Shown here one piece after another: positions 1 to 10,922 of a stretch of DNA of 55,097 nucleotides. How positions within the stretch are numbered: the first letter of the stretch is position 1; every line of letters begins with the position of its first letter. Under the pieces are notes generated by a model. It saw only the letters and a program-made list of their open reading frames with translations, was not told the origin of the DNA and did no database searches. Location of the stretch: NCBI GenBank assembly GCA_020536535.1, contig JAHLWZ010000141.1:1-55097 (forward strand), read 5' to 3'. The DNA comes from Pelomyxa schiedti (lineage: Eukaryota; Protista; Evosea). A program made the translations under genes and the position numbers.

Positions 1-526
1 TCTCTTGTGATTCCTCTGAGGCCCTGTCGTCACTGTCAGAGGAACTTTGGTCGCCACAACTGCTTGATTCGTTGCGATCATCATCAGGCACAACAAAGCT
101 ATCACTTTCCCCACCACTACTACTGCTGTTAGAATCTGATCCCTCTGCCCGGCGATTAGAATTCCTGTGACCAACCAAAAGTCGCGTCTTTGATCCTGGC
201 CAAAAAATAAGTGCGAAAACCAAAGCACACCAATTGCACCTTCATCATCATAATCAGCACCAACTCCTGCGTCTTCGGAATCGCGGCTCGTCTCCCTCCT
301 AAACATTCGTCAGCGACTTGGCCGTTATGTGCAATTAACGCGTTTCACAGACATACTCGAGAGCAACCGTAACAGTTGACGAAGACATAGCAGCGGAGAT
401 GGGGATGGGCAGCGGCAGCGGAAATGGAGCGTCGTTCGTTGTGGAGTTGTTTTTTAGCAGTAGTGACCAGTAGTACCGGTTGTTCATTGTCTCATACAAT
501 CTCCTCAACGACATCCCCGCCTCCAT
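1..526 (-). CDS. 5' part of a spliced hypothetical protein with acidic/Ser-rich segments, truncated at the window edge
   Basis: ATG at 524-526 opens MEAGMSLRRLYETM..., followed by a GTATGT donor near 355. Downstream minus-strand frames read RETSRDSEDAGVGADYDDEG and GESDSFVVPDDDRNESSSCGDQSSSDSDD. No domain recognised. Confidence 0.3.
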
Positions 527-587
527 TTTCTTTCTTTCTTGTTGATTGTCAACTTTCGCCGAAAACCAACAACATCTCTGAGATGAG

Positions 588-1961
588 ATGGGGAACACCA
601 ACGAAACAGCACCAGCGAGTGCATCGGTGCCTAACGAACGACCTCAGGTGATGCCCACTGACCGGTGCTGCCTGTGCTTCACGCCCCGCGTGGCGCCATA
701 CGCCCTCGTGGTGGAGCTGCTGTTGCGCTGCGGCGGCGTGTCTTCGCTGCGCAGGGACGTCTTGCCATCCTCCCACAATACGTCGCCGGTCGGAGGAGAT
801 GCCGATGTGGGCGGCGGTGTGGGGCCATTCGACTTTGCGGTTGCAGTTGTTGCGGAGGATGACCGACACACTTACGAACACGCAAAGAGGGTGGTTGGGC
901 TGGACGCACCAGAGAACATAAAGAAGCCTGTTTTTGATAGCGGGACCAGGGGGCACGAACCGGTGCGCCAGAAATTTGTCATTGTGTATTTGCTTGAAAA
1001 TTGCAGCTGGCGGCTACCTAACTTCGACTGGATTGTCATCGTGCATGGCTCGATTGTTAATGACCTCACGGATGTCGTCGCGCACCATTATTGTATGTAC
1101 TGTGTCGTGCGAGAGTTCAAAAATGTTCTGCTCTACCCACACAACCAAGACCTGCCATTGGTTCCGCTACACAGGCGAGAGTGTTCAGCCGAATGGGGAG
1201 TATTTGGGAAACATATGGATCGGGATGACAGTGTTGCAGGCTGGCATATCTGTTTTTTACTTGTAGCACTGCACAGGATTCCTGGGTTACGCATTGAAAA
1301 TGTTCACTATCTCACGGACCTTCGCCACTGTCAATGCATTGGTTACCTAAACACAATTGATAAATATCTTTCTGAATTCGGGTCACCATTACCTCGTCTG
1401 TCAGTGGATTTTGATGAATTGGATTTGGCCTGGATCCAAACACTGCACAAAGAAGAACTCCTTGTGCGTGACCCATATTCTCCATATGAAAAAGTACGAG
1501 ATGCATTTGTTGACGTCACTGAAGCATTTTATGTCTCCTTGGCCCTTAGCCTCCATCCACAGATGAAAGCCCAAGTTTCAAGGGCTTTAAGTTCCCAAAT
1601 GGGAGACACCAAATTGCCAGCAACTTCTTTACCAACTTCTGCAGTTGAAACCCAACAAACAATTGCTGAGATGACTTCAGAGTGTACATCACTGTTTCAG
1701 ATTGAAGCCGCCAATGTAGAGCAAGTATGTGCTTGGCTCAGACCTCTTGGTGTCACTGAAAACTCCCTAAGTATCATCACAACAAAACAGCTTCAGGGAA
1801 GCATGCTTGTGAATTTCTCTGTGCAGCAGTTGTGTGATCTTGGCCTCACTGTTGGAGATGCTGCGCACATTTCAGAACATGTTTTAGCTAATCTTATGTT
1901 GGAACCTCATCAAGAGCAAGAAGGACAATCTGATGCCAGGGAAAAGGGCAGTCACTTGTGA
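588..1961 (+). CDS. Intronless 457-aa protein with unknown N-terminal/central domain and C-terminal SAM domain
   Basis: Uninterrupted ORF. The C-terminal NVEQVCAWLRPLGVTENSLSIITTKQLQGSMLVNFSVQQLCDLGLTVGDAAHI fits the SAM pattern (W-L-x-x-LG ... I/L-x-G-x-x-L ... L-x-x-LG). Starts with MG, a possible myristoylation site. Confidence 0.7.
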   Translation: MGNTNETAPASASVPNERPQVMPTDRCCLCFTPRVAPYALVVELLLRCGGVSSLRRDVLPSSHNTSPVGGDADVGGGVGPFDFAVAVVAEDDRHTYEHAKRVVGLDAPENIKKPVFDSGTRGHEPVRQKFVIVYLLENCSWRLPNFDWIVIVHGSIVNDLTDVVAHHYCMYCVVREFKNVLLYPHNQDLPLVPLHRRECSAEWGVFGKHMDRDDSVAGWHICFLLVALHRIPGLRIENVHYLTDLRHCQCIGYLNTIDKYLSEFGSPLPRLSVDFDELDLAWIQTLHKEELLVRDPYSPYEKVRDAFVDVTEAFYVSLALSLHPQMKAQVSRALSSQMGDTKLPATSLPTSAVETQQTIAEMTSECTSLFQIEAANVEQVCAWLRPLGVTENSLSIITTKQLQGSMLVNFSVQQLCDLGLTVGDAAHISEHVLANLMLEPHQEQEGQSDAREKGSHL

Positions 1962-2141
1962 GCAGAAACCTCACCTGTGACACCAGTCTCAAAGACAAGT
2001 GACTTCAAAGAAAAAACCCATCAACCAATCCCAGTAGTCATTAAATAACGCATTTGTTTACATTTTATGTTTTACCCAGTAGTGATACCGAACGTGCTTG
2101 TGGAAAACTGGAAAAAACTTTTATGGCACATTTTCTAGCTA

Positions 2142-3791
2142 TCAGTGATTACACAGAGTTTCCAGAGCGACCTTGTTGTTACCCTTTGCCTGCAAGAGAG
2201 CAACAAGTACCTTCCTGTGGTCAAATCCCATGCCCACCAGCTCGTCAAAGGATATTTTCAGTGATTCCACAACTGACCGTTCCCCTTGTGCTACATGCAG
2301 CATCCATTGTGCAAAGTACATGGTCGCCACAGAGCCAAACATGCGCTGAATTTCCGCTACTTGTGCTTTGAGTGAATTCTCAGCTGCATCCACATTGGAA
2401 TTGCTGGCGTTCATAGCTAGGGAAATACTGACGGGGTCGTAGCCCAGGCTCTCCAGATGCTGTGGTAGTGTTTGTTGAATGACACAAGGGAACATTGAGT
2501 AAGGCAAATGTAAGTTTGGGCACAAAACCTGGAAAGCGAAAGCATACACAACAGCATTTTCAGTCTCGTTGTGGGCCTTGATCGCGGCAACAATTGCCAC
2601 TTGGCTTAATTTGTTAGCCAGTAGTTCGGCTACGAACGGTGATACCTGCCAATTGAGATTATTGTGTGCATGTTTATATCTACTCTACCTGTGTTGGAAG
2701 AAGAGGTACTGGCTTCACTTCCGGCCTCTTTTCGAATTCCCGCCACCACTGTTCTTTTTGTTGCTCAATTTGCCGCTGCTCCCACTGCAGTTGTTNNNNN
2801 NNNNNNNNNNNNNNNNNNNNNNNNNNNNNNNNNNNNNNNNNNNNNNNNNNNNNNNNNNNNNNNNNNNNNNNNNNNNNNNNNNNNNNNNNNNNNNNCTCGC
2901 TGTAGTTGCTGCTGTCTCTCTCTTTGCTCCCTTTCTCTCTGCTCTTTTTCTCGCTGTTCCCTCTCTCTCTGCTCTCGGAATTTGTCCACGTGTGACTGGA
3001 CCAGTTGTGTCTGCTGGTCCATGATCATTCGGGCTTGCTGCGCTTTTTGTTCTGCAAGCATCCGCGCTTGCTGCTCTGCTTGAAGCCGTGTTTGTTGTTC
3101 TGCCTGCATCTGCGCTTGCTGCTGTTCCCGCTGCTCAGCGTACTTCTGAGCTTGTTCCTGGGCCAACAATAGGGCCTTCTGTTGCTCTTGCTGGAGTAGC
3201 AGTTGAGCATTGAGAAGCTCAGCCAGACGAGCAGCACGGTTTTCCTCTTCCCTTCGCTCCTCTTCGCACTGCAAAAGATTCCTACGTTAGCACAATTCAC
3301 CCAACCAACCACAGTCATATATCTAATGTAAAAGACAACAAGAAAACAAACAAAGCACAAACTCTCTTCAAGTAGGAGTCCTCAAATGACATGTCCATAA
3401 CGGCGGCCATCAACGAGGGCATCCTAGTCATCTCACAGAGTAACTTGTACCCCTCCCCCGCCAGCTCCCCTCCCCCCAGGTCCTGCTGCGCGGGGGCCAG
3501 CCCCCCCAGCGCCGCCCTGACCCCGCACCACCGGCGCCCCTGGACCGACGGCGGCAGCAGGCTGGGCGAGGAAGACGCCGACGAGGCGGCGAGGCTGGCG
3601 GACAGCGACCAGCGGAGGCCGCAGCCCTGCGGGGGGGGAGGCGGCGGGGAGGAGGACGTGCGGCCGCCGCCCTGGTGCTGCGGCTGCGGCGGAGGGGGCG
3701 ACGTGGACGGCGCGGGCGGCGGCGGCTGCGGCGAGAAGAAGATGTTGTTGGGGGAGACCGTGAGCGCCGACGCGAACAACATGCCCGACAT
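2142..3791 (-). CDS. Pro-rich / Q-E-R coiled-coil protein with two C-terminal UBA domains (spliced, spans an N gap)
   Basis: UBA-like segments HLESLGYDPVSISLAMNASNSNVDAAENSL and FDELVGMGFDHRKVLVALLQAKGNNKVALETL (MGF motif). GT-AG intron 2646-2688 joins ...PLLPTQ to VSPFVAELL. Coiled-coil exon 2896-3274; N-terminal exon starts at ATG 3791. Confidence 0.7.
2796..2895. other. Assembly gap (100 N)
   Basis: Run of 100 N inside the coiled-coil exon of the UBA gene. Confidence 1.
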
Positions 3792-3825
3792 TTTCGTTTT
3801 TTTTTATTATTGTTTGCGAACGTTG

Positions 3826-4312
3826 GGGAGTGTGATGAAATTAAACAAAACAAACGGGATCGGCAAGCGTTGAAACGGTTTTCGTTTCTTCTATTGTTTT
3901 AATAGTTTCAAATTGGGGGGGTGGCTTTGGAACTAGTTCCCTGCGGCACGGGCCAGGAACTTGGATTCCTCAGCGGAATTGCCTATTGCAGCGTAGAAGG
4001 CAGCTATGTTGCGGCAGGCCTTGGATACGTCGGGGTGGCCCGAGGGGAACAGCGAGAAAAAGAGCAGAGAGAAAGGGAGCAAAGAGAGAGACAGCAGCAA
4101 CTACAGCGAGAACNNNNNNNNNNNNNNNNNNNNNNNNNNNNNNNNNNNNNNNNNNNNNNNNNNNNNNNNNNNNNNNNNNNNNNNNNNNNNNNNNNNNNNN
4201 NNNNNNNNNNNNNGGGAGTGTGATGAAATTAAACAAAACAAACGGGATCGGCAAGCGTTGAAACGGTTTTCGTTTCTTCTATTGTTTTAATAGTTTCAAA
4301 TTGGGGGGGTGG
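3826..4312. repeat. 99-bp direct duplication (3826-3924 = 4214-4312) flanking a second 100-N gap (4114-4213), plus an inverted 66-bp copy (4045-4110) of 2896-2961; probable misassembly
   Basis: Both copies match exactly by eye and both abut N gaps. Confidence 0.85.
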
Positions 4313-7300
4313 ATGGGAAGTTACCTCGCCATAGTAGGAACGAAGAATAGAAAGGCTCCTTGAGTACAGAGGAATGATATGTCCAGGATTCCTTGGTGTG
4401 TTGTTGAGTGTGGAAAAAAATTAGGATTTGCTTTGCACACCTCCCTTGGCGCTGATATAGATTAGCCAGTTTCAATAAGGTCTGGCAAATATTAGGGTGC
4501 GACTCCCCAAACTTTTTCTCTGTTGTCTTGAGTGCTTCCTGGAACATAGTCTCTGCTTCAGAGAATAACCCCTTATCAGTCAGAATAGCAGCTACATTGT
4601 TCCTGGCGCAAAAAGTCAGCTAGGAGTGAAATGAAACAATTCGTACATCGATTGTGCGGTATCAGGGTGGTCAGGCCCAAGAACCTGGTGCATGGTAAGG
4701 CCCAAAGTATGTTTTCGTTCTGTTTTGGAGGGGGAAAAAACCTCGCGTCGGATATCAAGGCATTGTTGATAGAGCTGAAGAGCCTTATCGTAGTCGTGCA
4801 TTCTGGCATGAAGCACTCCATAGTCACTTAGAGATTGCGCAACCTAATTTCATAAGAAAGAAGAGGTTGAGAAGGAAGAAGTTACTTCGGGATGACGTTT
4901 TCCGAAAGCTTGTTGTTTGATAGAAATAGCTCTCTCAAACAACGGTTTTGCCTGTAAGTTATAAGAACCAATTTTTAAGATGCAAACTATCACTGAAGCA
5001 CACTTGCAAGTATTTTCCTTTTTCCACCTTTTCAAATTAAGAAGGATTCTATGTATGGGGATCTTACAAATACACCGGCTAAATATGCCAAAGTGTGAGC
5101 AACATCAGGATGTGCCTCTCCATAGACGTCTTCATATATTCTGAGAGCTCTTTCGAAAAGGCGTTCTGCACAGATTAAATGAAAGTAACACGAATTTCGT
5201 TCTACCTGAGTCATCATACCGAGCTTGTGAAAGATACAAAGATGCCATATTAGAAAGTGTCATAGCAACATCGGGGTGATTAGGGCCGTGACAATGTTCC
5301 CTTATTTGCAAAGCTATGGTGAAGTGTTCCTCGGATAACTTACAAAAAAGATTCAGTTGGAATGGTTTGTTGGTTGGAAAGTTCTACCTTGTCTTTCCCT
5401 GTATCCTGATAGAGGCACCCGAGCCCATTGTATGACATACCTGTCTCAGGGTGATTTAAACCAAGTAGCTTGAAAGGATGATGAGAGCCAAGAAAAAATA
5501 GTGAAGGCTTGCCTTTTTACGCAATACACAGGAGCCTGAATAAAGAGGTTCAGCTTTGTCATATTTCCCCATTTTCCTATTTGTTACGGTTTGTTGGCAA
5601 TATATAAGGATGTATGGCGGAGAACCTGAACAGTATAGCTAGACTGCACATAGAAGCAGCTACCTCACGAGATTCGGGTCCATGCAATTGTTTGCGCGTT
5701 TTAAGAGATTCTTCATATATTGGGCATGCTTCTTCATATCTAGCTTGGACTCTGTACAAGTATCCAAGGGCATCCCTTTTCGGTTCAGTATTTTTTTATC
5801 CATTTGAAGAGAAATTACTGCACATCTGCCAGAGCAGATAGGTCAACAGGAGTCTGTGTGGATACGAGGGTAAGAGCAACTTTGAAAAGTTGTTCAGCTG
5901 CAGAAAAGTGGGCTAAGTCTTGAAGGAATTTTCCAGTCTGTCTAATTTTGGCTGCATCATTCCGGAAAGTGGAATGTATAACCCCATTGACAAGTTTTTC
6001 TGCTGGATTTAGTGAAGAACATGCCCTGAAGTATTTGTACCTTTTTAAAAAAAAATTGTTATTCAAGAAGGGAAAATTACCCAACATACAGATCAAACAA
6101 AAACTGCTCTGATGAGAGATAGAAGAAAACCTCTGGAGTGGTGATGAAATTACATAGTTCTGTAATCATGCCAGCTTGGTGGTAGTGGTAAGGAACTTCT
6201 TCACATTTTCTATCCATGTAATTTGAATCACTGTGTAAAGTTAGTCTTGGATTTCACTTCGTTTAGAGGCACACAGGAAGTGGGTAATAATTTTGTTCCG
6301 GTAGACCTGAGATGATGAAGGAGTGATATATTTTGAGGCAACGGACTGCTTTACAAAATCGTGAGAAAAGTTGAGGAGACCTAAAGGACAGTCAATGAAA
6401 CATTAAGAAGGCATTGATGACCTGATCGGGTTGAGAGAAGCTCTGACAGTGCGAGTTGTATCTCACTCCACAAAAATGGGGTAATGTGGAGAATGCTTAG
6501 GATTTCATTTTCAGTCAATCCTCTGCGGCTGATCCAAATCTAATCACAAAATTACTCCAAAGGGGGATAAAGCAGTGGGAATACTGTAGCCATGCAATCC
6601 CCAACGTAATTCTTCTTATCCCCAAAGTCCGTTTCAATACGAGCCAAAACCTAGTGTTTATTAGGATTTCAGAAGTAAAATAGCCAATAAACCTTTCCCA
6701 GAAGGTCTGGAATTCCTGTAGCTGACAAGCACTGTGCTATTCGAGCATTCAGTGTTTCATATGCACCATGAACACGAATTTCGTTAAGCACAGTTTTAAG
6801 GAAAAGGGGATTTGCTGTTTGTGGTGAATCGATAATGCTAACAACAGTTAACGTGTTATAAGCTACAGTGAAAATTACCCATCAATCTGTGAAGAAGACA
6901 AAGACTTGGAACAGTCAGACATGTAGGAAGAAATTAATTCTCTGCGTTCCCGTTCTTCCATTGCTTCAACTTTCAGAGTGCGCCATTTTCTTTCGGTCAA
7001 TATCTATCATCATGAGAAATTAGCAGATAACAAAGAATACCTCAGCAGCGCGAGAAGGTAGCGTTGAAGTTATGAGTTGTACACCAGGTGGGAATTGAAC
7101 TGGTAACCAGTGCAATTCCTGTGCGTGATCTCTGCAATGATGAGAGAGAACAGGGAGAAGAGAAAAATTACTTTTCATCGAGCTGATTCAAGGCATCAAG
7201 AACAAGAAGCATGCCTCCTCGTGATGAGGCCTCCAGTAAAATGGAGGGAAGTAATGTAGAAAGCCCTGATTCAAGCATAAGTTTATGATCAATAAGGAAT

Positions 7301-10001
7301 GAAGTGGTTCACTGTGCCTTCCACATCATTGGGCAAGTCCTTATTAGGAAGTTCGAAGTAGTCAACAATTTCTGAAATTATCCTGTGCAACATTCGACCT
7401 TTATTTTATCAGTACAGTTTGCCTAGTTTTGTTTAGAATTTGTTTCCGTTACCCAGGTCAGTGCTTAAGCCACTGCACCCAATGTAGTGGGCTAATACAA
7501 ATGACTCGGGATGCTCATTTTCGTACCGCACAACATAGTTACAGACAAGAGCACTTTTGCCACTTCCGGAATTTCCTACAATGACTATTGGGCTTGGGTG
7601 TTGATTCTACGAATTATCAGTGAAAATGGACTGTGCTTTTAGTGTCGCTACCTGCGCTTGACTTGCCAGGAAGCAATTTATCTGAAACATGTAATGTTCC
7701 CCACCAACATAAACTCTGGCCCTTGACTGAGCAAATGCATTGTGAACTTCTCTTTCTTTTTCAAGAGGAGTAGGACGATCAGCTTCAGGGAAATCCCTGT
7801 TAATTATGGAGGTTAGAAAACCACAATAAGGCGTTCATACCTGTCAATTAAAGCCATGAGTTGTTTACTAAAGAGAGAGTCTAGCATTGAGGGATTATCA
7901 TAGTGATGAACATTTTCCGGGAAGCGTTGTTCAATGGATTCCTGTATTTCAAATAAGTGAAGTCACTGGTTGTGCTGGTGGTTATACGCACTTTTAGTGA
8001 CTTCAACTTTCGACTAGTCTGGGGGTTTGTTTCTTCGTAATCTGGCCCCTTCCCTTTGGAATAGCTTTCATTTCGGAAAAAGAAGGCACAGTGTTTTTGG
8101 CTTTCGTCAGTGGGGTTGGCTTGGTTCAGGACTGTTTCAAGTTATTTATATTTGGAAGAGGAAAAGGACTTACTAGCATGGCGTATTTCTAATTCTGTGA
8201 TGCTCCTGTCCACGTAGCTCATTATCCATGGAAACTGGGAACTTGCATTGGCAAAAGTCTTTGTGAGGAGATCGTCTAAGTGGAGGGGTGAGCTTTGAAA
8301 AAGTGGTATCCTTCATACCCCTTGCATTATCTGTATGGCTCCAACCATAGCGATCACCAAGCATGCAGAAAAACCAGGGCCGGCACTTGTCAACTTGCAG
8401 AGAGTTAATACCGTGAAAAAGTAGTCTGCCTACTTTCTGAAAGACAAATCGAAATAGTGTTCCCACTTTCAGACTGTTCCGCAGTGATTCCCCAACGTAG
8501 GTCAACCTAACGACGGTATTTAGAAAAAATAAGCGAGGTAAGTCAAGCCTACTTCTCGGACAGAAACTCCGCGTTGGGCACAAAGAATCCGAATTCCAGG
8601 CATCACTCGCTTAATTAAAGTCTCTCTCTCCACTGACATATCTTTGAAGGTGCTACTGATAAAAATTCTAACATCCCGAGACTCCATGTGCCTCCTCTTA
8701 CGCTTTTGTGTGGAAAGATTGTCTGGTACAGGAAGTGCAGAAGCCTGAGGCACTTCAGCGTACTGTAGAAGAGCACAGTTAAGCATCTTCTGTTGTGCTG
8801 CAATATCAGCTTCTCGGTCAGTATCCCCGTCCTGGTAGGGTATTAGTGGGGGGTCACAGCTTCAACATTCAACCTGAATAGAGGAGCCACTAAAAGAGAA
8901 GCTATCCAAAATATTTTGCTGTTGGGCAAAATAGTTCTCTCTATCGAGTTCCATGGCAGATATGTGCTCTAACGATTTTTAAAAGATACTCGAGTATTAA
9001 TCTAGAAATAACCTTGCACAGAAATGCCACATGCAGGTTCCGTTACAGTTGAACCTAAAGTGGGGGAAGGTTCTTCAACGGCGGAGAAAGGGTCAACCGG
9101 TGCTACGTTGGCAATAGGATCCACATTCACATTTAGAGAATCGAAATCCATGACTTCTCTGTGAGACAGACTTACAATATCCGTGTTTTGTGCCATTAAA
9201 AAGTCCATGGGGTCACGGTTGGAAAGAGGAATTTGTGTCAGCTGCGACTGGCCAAAATCCATTGCATTTCGGTGTGACAGGTTAGGTTGAATCATCTGCG
9301 TGGCGCCGAAATTCATGGCCTCGCGGTGGCTAAGAGAGCTGCTCCTGGTCTGTTGAGTTACACGCATCTCCATGGCATCACGGTGATTCAGGGCCGGCTT
9401 TATAGTGCGCTGGGATTCTATCCGTGGCGGGAAATTCATTGCCTCGCGGTGTGAGAGCGCCGACATCGCCGGTTGCTGCGTAACAACATTGAGAGAAGAT
9501 GGCTGCGGCTGCGGAGGTGTGGGAGTAAAGTCCATCGCGCTTCTGTGCGCGAGCCCGCCCAGGCAGATGTTTTGGGCTGCAGTGAAGTCCATTGCCGATC
9601 TGTGGGGCAGAGCAAAGTTCTTCACGTTTGAAATTGACATTGCCTCCCTGTGGGCCAGTGGCGCCGCGGTCGTCTGTTGCTGCTGCTGCATCATCGCCAT
9701 GGTGTTCTGCATCTGGCTTTGAATCATCCTCACTGCGGCTTCTTGCTGCTCGCGCGCCTGTTGCATTGCGAGGTCCTTGTTCGCAGGTGGGAAATCCATT
9801 GCAGCACGGTGCTGCACTGTTTTGGTTTTCAAAATTGTTTTTGTTAGAAGGACAGGTGGGCGTGTGTAGGGAAAAAAAAAAAGGGAGCACACGAGAAGGG
9901 GCGGCTCTGTTGAGCCTCGAGGGCATTGATGGTTGTTGTTGTTGTTGCACATTGTTGAGACTCAGGGGCACGTTGTGGGTGAGCTGGAACGCTTCCATCA
10001 T
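4296..10001 (-). CDS. DUF4062 + NACHT-type P-loop NTPase + TPR protein (NPHP3/TEP1-like architecture) with an N-terminal repeat region; many introns
   Basis: DUF4062 start DVRIFISSTFKDMSVERETLIKRVMP (~8600-8690). Walker A IVGNSGSGKSAL (~7550-7590). Walker B LLVLDALNQLD (~7180-7215). TPRs such as YEEACPIYEESLKTRKQLHGPESREVAASM and LFERALRIYEDVYGEAHPDVAHTL. Start MMEAFQ at 10001. The 3' end is approximate. Confidence 0.85.
9143..9811 (-). repeat. Ten copies of coding peptide motif (L-x)-H-R-x-A-M-[DN]-F in the N-terminus of the DUF4062-NACHT-TPR gene
   Basis: HRAAMDF, HREAMSI, HRSAMDF, HRSAMDF, HREAMNF, HRDAMEM, HREAMNF, HRNAMDF, NRDPMDF, HREVMDF in ORF 9002..9952. Confidence 0.9.
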
Positions 10002-10289
10002 CAAAAGTTTTTTGTTTTTATCGTTTCTGTTTGAAATTAAGTGCTCAACTTGCCGAGTACAAGGCAGACAGCCTTTCAACGGTTTTCCAGGGCAGGAATC
10101 CCATTTGAAGCAGTCCACGTTGTTCCCTGTACTCTTTAGCCGCAACTCGGCACGCACACCCCAACCAACCACTCAATTACTAAGTTCTAGGCGAGAACTG
10201 GTTCCATCTGGGCAATGACAAACTGAAAGTAGCAGATATTAGCCGAAAAATCAATTCCGATCGCGATCTTAATACCCACACAACAGCAG

Positions 10290-10685
10290 ATGGCCGCAAC
10301 TACAACCTCTACTAGCACCGGCGCTGGCGACGCACACATGATAGCAGCGTGCGGCCTCTATTGCGGCTGCTGCAGCTCCAAGACGCGCGGCAAGTGTATC
10401 GGCTGCGCCGCCGACAACACCAAGACGTGGTGCGACATCCGAAAGTGCTGCGTCGCCAAGGGCATACAGTCGTGCGCCCAGTGCGCCGACTTCCCCGCAG
10501 ACCCCAAGATGTGCCCCAAGTTCCACAACGCCATCGGCCGCGTAATTGGGTACTGTCTGGGGTCGGACCGTGCCGCCTGCATCCAGAGAATCAGGGAGGT
10601 CGGCCCGCAGCAGTTCGCCGACGAAATGCAACAGACCAACAGGCAGACGATCAAAAAATCGTCCTGGAATCCGTGGGACTGGTGA
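10290..10685 (+). CDS. DUF3795-family small Cys-rich (metal-binding) protein
   Basis: Intronless ORF. ACGLYCGCC...CIGC...WCDIRKCCVAKGIQSCAQCADFP...C matches the DUF3795 Cys pattern; tail SDRAACIQRIREVGPQQFADEM. Confidence 0.85.
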   Translation: MAATTTSTSTGAGDAHMIAACGLYCGCCSSKTRGKCIGCAADNTKTWCDIRKCCVAKGIQSCAQCADFPADPKMCPKFHNAIGRVIGYCLGSDRAACIQRIREVGPQQFADEMQQTNRQTIKKSSWNPWDW

Positions 10686-10922
10686 TAAGAACTGCGTCCC
10701 TGGTTTAGAAGTTTCGAAAAGACAAAAAAAAAGCTTCACTCCCATAATTCTAGCTGTGGGGAGAAAGCGCCTCCCAAAATCGATCAAGGGTTGGGTGGTT
10801 GTGGTGGCGCTGAGGATCTTAGAAGGGACAACATAAAAACCCTGTTTGATATCTACTTCAACAACTGAGCTTCTTTTTTTTTGTTCTTTGCTTGCTTTTC
10901 TTCCTTGTATCCAGGCACTATC

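Noticed and set aside
3391-3902. Long overlapping antisense or alternative-frame ORFs in GC-rich first exons (also 9592-10218, 25492-26061, 32465-33233, 54318-54626)
   Set aside because: Expected shadow ORFs of GC-rich low-complexity coding DNA; no domains, often non-ATG starts.
3826-4312. Direct and inverted duplications around the N gaps as a mobile element or rearrangement
   Set aside because: The copies are exact and end at scaffold gaps; best explained by misassembly or amplification chimera. No transposase, TIR or TSD.
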